Assembly: GCA_030390025.1 (NCBI GenBank)
Contig: CM059432.1
Span: 69,256,001 to 69,320,000, forward strand
Direction: 5' to 3'
DNA: 64,000 nt
From: Squalus acanthias
Taxonomy: Eukaryota
Each line of letters starts with the position of its first letter. The first letter of the stretch is position 1. A program made the translations under genes and the position numbers. Below the pieces are notes generated by a model, which was not told the origin of the DNA, did not search any database, and was given only the letters and a program-made list of their open reading frames with translations. Of this stretch, positions 60,009 through 64,000 are shown piece by piece.

Positions 60009-62001
60009 TATGTTGGCAACTTCAAAAGGGAACTGGTTAGATATTTTGCAGAGAAAATGACTGAGTTATGAAGGATAGAACAGTATTGTTTGGATTTTGG
60101 GACTGGCTAGATGGTCTGCTGTGGCCTCTCCTGGTGCTGTAGATTTCTGTGCTCCCAAGTTAAATGTTGAAGAAAAAATGTTAGTTTACAACATAGAAAA
60201 AGGTGCCTTCTGATTAAATGATTCAGGTTAATAACGGGACTAAGTTGAAGTCTGATAATAAAAAAAACTTGCTTCATAATTTTTACCATACCACTCTGAC
60301 AGTTAGAAACTGTGAATTATACTCCACCAAATATGGCTTATTTCTTGCAAAGGAAATACCAATGTGCTTTTCTCCCAGGTCACTGACCTCCAGCACAGAG
60401 TTAAAATATCTGTTTTTACTTAACACTGAAATCAGATTTTAGAAAAAGGCCTTAATACCTGATTAAGTTTAATTTGTTCATTTATTTATCAATGGGAGGG
60501 GTTAAATTTAATCATTATCATTTGATAGTTATGTATTATTTTAGCTTCCTTCTTGTTCATCTTGAATTTTAAAGCCTTTTGTTTTGCTTCAGAGTTCAGT
60601 TTGCAAAACGTATCGGAATAAATCTTGTTGAATTGAATAGAAATGTAAAGTTGGCAGTGAAATATAACACACCTTCTGGAATGTAATACTCCTAAACTGT
60701 TTGTAATTACAGTTTCAAGTTACATTCAAGGGTGATTTCTGCAAGAAAGGCCAAGAAGTGTCCCCAGTTCTTTCTACTGTAGGAATCATGGAAAATTTTA
60801 AAATGACTTATTTTTAAAAAGAATACTTCAATGTTTTCTTCAGTGTAACTAAATATTCAAGGTCAAACTCATAGGAAGCAGAGCATTTATATATTCTGCT
60901 ACTAGAGATACAAAAAAATATACAAATGCTGGAAATCTGAAATGAAACAGAAAATTCTGGAAATGTAGAGTAGGCAATATTTGAAAAAAAATGTTTCCAA
61001 TAGAGTTTTTGCCAAAAATTCAGTAGTTAGGTGACTGCAACTTTTGCTCATAAACCTAAATAAAATCAAGATTCACATGGTATATGCATGATTATAGAAA
61101 TGTATTCCACGGTATATAACTATCATAGGTTCTGTGCAGTATTTAGAAGTTTGGTATTTGGTTTAATTCCTTCAAAATGAACAGCACAACTCAGGGTTTA
61201 ATGATGATGTCATCATCAAATAAGTCTTAACATTATTAGCTCTGTATACCCTTCCTAAATCTCACATTACTTTAGAAAATAAGCTTCTAAACAGGTTTCA
61301 CTGCTCCCCCCCTTCGCCTCCCCATCCCCCCTCCTTCTCCTCATTCTCTTCCCCAGGAATTCAAATTAAAGCCATGAAGCCCTCAGGTAAATATTAGCAG
61401 TACTACTGCTGATGATCCAATGTTATTTCAGAAATGGTGTCAAAGATTATTGAGTCAGCTCCTAGCTTTCTAACCTTTGATTTTATCTCAGTGGTATCTG
61501 GTGAGACGATGCCAGCGTCTCATCAGGTAATTAGCATAAACACAGCTTTATTCTGCAAACTGAGGCAAGTTTGAACTCTCACATATAATCTAGTGGAAAA
61601 TCAGACTAGACATTACATCGTCAATAATAGCAGGCAAACACTTAACACGTTCATATGACATTCCTCGCCCGCTGTTTTAATGGTGACGTTAACACACATC
61701 AGTTTTCCAAGGATACTCTGCACCCACATCTACAGAATTGGTCTTGTTTTCCCAAGTGAAACTTGATCCAATACAAATTCCCAGCAGCTCAATCTGTATT
61801 GACAGTACTTTAAAATGCAAACACCCAGGACCCCAATCTGTGCTCACTAGAGCTCAGTCCAAACTGTCTAGCAGCCCAATTCAAGCACTGACATTCAAAT
61901 CCAAATTCATAGCACCCTAATACAGATGGATGGCCAACTGCTTCTTTTTTGCTAATGTTTTGCAAATACTGAAAACAACTGTCTTACGTTGGATCTTTGA
62001 A

Positions 62002-62437
62002 AACAACAACAACTAGCATTTATAAAGTGCCTTTAATGTAGTAAAACATCCCAAGCGCTTCACAGGAGCGTAATCAGACAAAATTTGACACTAAGCCACA
62101 TAAGGAGATACTAGGACAGGTGACAAAAAGCTTGCACAAAGAGGTATGTTTTAAGGTGCATCTTAAAGGAGGAGAGTGAGGTGGAGAGGCAGAGAGGTTT
62201 ATGAATTCCAGAGGTTGGGGCCTAGACGGCTGAAGGTACAGCCACCAATGGTGGGATGAAAGAAATCGGGGATGCACAGGAGGTCAGAATTGGCAGAGTT
62301 TTCGTAGAGTTGTAGGGATGGAGGAGGTTACAGAGATAGGGAGCGGCAAAGCCAGAGAGGGATTTGAACACAAGGATGAGAAATTTAAAATTGAGGCACT
62401 ACTCAACTGGGAGCTAATGTAAGTCAGCGAACACATT
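62002..62437 (-). mobile_element. L2 LINE 3' end
   Basis: (AAC)n followed by GCATTTATAAAGTGCCTTTAATGTAG tail, and a C-terminal remnant ILNFSSLCSNPSL. Confidence 0.85.
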
Positions 62438-62438
62438 G

Positions 62439-62800
62439 TAAACAACAACAGAAAACGCTGGAAAAACTCAGCAGGCCAGGCAACATCCATGGAGAGAGAA
62501 ACAGAGTTAATGTTTCAGGTCGAAACCCTTCGTCAGAGCTGAGAAAGAAGCAGGAAATGAAACAGATAAAAAAGCAAGGGGGAGGCTGGGGGGAGGAATA
62601 AAAGAACAAAAGGGGTGGTTTATGGTAAGTAGAGACATTAAGAAATGCTCAAGGCAAGATGAGATGGTAATAGGACAGGTTAAGAAACAAAAGGTGGCTA
62701 GAAGTGTGAAGTGTGAAATGCTGGCAGAATGAGAGACAGCTGCCGTAGGGGGAGAGAGAGAAAAGAAAGGGAAAAGGCACAAACCAAAAGGGTGGATAAA

Positions 62801-62831
<31 letters not shown>

Positions 62832-64000
62832 GTAGGGGCCGAGGTTATGATCTGAAATTGTTGAACTCGATATTGAATCCAGAAGGCTGTAAAGTGCCTA
62901 ATCGGAAGATGAGGTGCTGTTCCTCGAGCTTACGTTGAGCTTCTGTGGAACAATGCACGAGGCCGAGGACGGTGAGGTCTGAGTGGGCGTGGAGAGGTGA
63001 ATTAAAATGACAAGCGACCGGAAGCTCGGGGTCACCCTTACAGACTGAACGGAGGTATTCCGCAAAGCGGTCACCCAATCTGCATTTGGTCTCCCCAGTG
63101 TAGAGGAGACCACACCGTGAGCAGCGAATACAGTATACTAGATTGGAAGAAGTACAAGTAAATCACTGTTTCACCTGGAAGGGGTGTTTGGGGCCCTGGA
63201 CAGTGGGAAGGGGGGAGGTATAAGGGCAGGTGTTGCATCTCCTGCGCTTGCACGGGAAGGTGCCGGGCGAGGGGGAAGGGGTGCTGGGGGTGATAGAGGA
63301 GTGGACTAGGGTGTCTCGGAGGGAGCGGTCCCTACGGAATGCTGAAAGGGGAGGTGAGGGGAAGATACGTTTGGTGGTGAGATCATGTTGGAGGTGGCGG
63401 AAATGGCGGAGGATGATCCGTTGAATGTGGAGTCAGGTTGGGTGAAAGGTGAGGACAAGGGGAACTCTAACGTGGTTCCGGGAGGGAGGGGCCGGGGTGA
63501 GGGCAGAAGTGCGGGAGATAGAACGGACACGGTCGAGGGCCGTGTCGATCACGGTAGAGGGGAATCCTCGGTTGAGGAAAAAGGAAGACATGTTGGAAGG
63601 TGGCATCGTCGGAGCAGATGCAGCGGAGACGGAGAAACTGGGAGAAGGGAATAGAGTCCTTACAGGAGGCGGGTGGGAGGAAGTGTAGTCCAGGTAGCTG
63701 TGGGAGTCAGTGGGCTTGTAGTGAATGTTGCTCAATAACCTATCCCCAGAGATGGAGACAGAGAAGTCGAGGAAGGGAAGGGAAGAGTCGGAGATGGACC
63801 ATGTGAAGGTGAGGGAAGGATGGAAATTGGAGGCAAAGTGAATGAAATTGTCTAGTTCAGGGCGAGAGCAGGAAACGGCACCGATACAGTCGTCAATGTA
63901 CCGGAAAAAGAGGTGAGGGAGGGGACCCGAGTAGGACTGGAACAAAGAGTGTTCCACATATCCCACGAAAAGGCAGGCATAGCTAGGACCCATGCGGGTA
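62439..64000 (-). mobile_element. Penelope-like retroelement (family 1), RT + GIY-YIG remnants, running off the window
   Basis: Motifs MGPSYACLFVG, FRYIDDCIG, LPFLD, HYKPTD, LGDRFAEYLRSV, VACHFN and EEQHLIFRLGTLQPSGFN, with frameshifts. The pLTR has a hammerhead motif at ~62505-62541, and (TA)n lies at 62803-62828. Confidence 0.93.

Overview
Eukaryotic, transposon-dominated intronic or intergenic DNA. It is most likely from a cartilaginous fish, inferred from Deu-domain tRNA SINEs with L2 tails together with abundant CR1, L2, RTE, Penelope and Harbinger families. No host gene is securely identifiable; there are only a few weak splice-site-bounded exon candidates. Contents: (i) several CR1 LINEs, including a multi-level nest at 12.5-25.5 kb; (ii) five copies of a CR1-superfamily (Zenon-like) APE-RT LINE; (iii) two Penelope elements and several solo terminal fragments carrying minimal hammerhead ribozyme motifs; (iv) a structurally complete but decayed two-gene Harbinger with TIRs and a CTG TSD, plus many Harbinger-type derivatives and MITEs; (v) L2, RTE and SINE copies. 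The most interesting signal concerns the two full-length Zenon-like LINE copies. Both start with a tRNA-derived A/B-box head, have no room for ORF1 and share no start ATG, and one copy has no TTTT run on its sense strand over about 3.2 kb. This suggests a possibly Pol III-transcribed, protein-coding LINE. Second, a young 743-bp MITE, present twice in inverted orientation, carries a CpG promoter-like block followed by stacked splice donors. Family names come from motif recognition, not database searches, and many boundaries are approximate.
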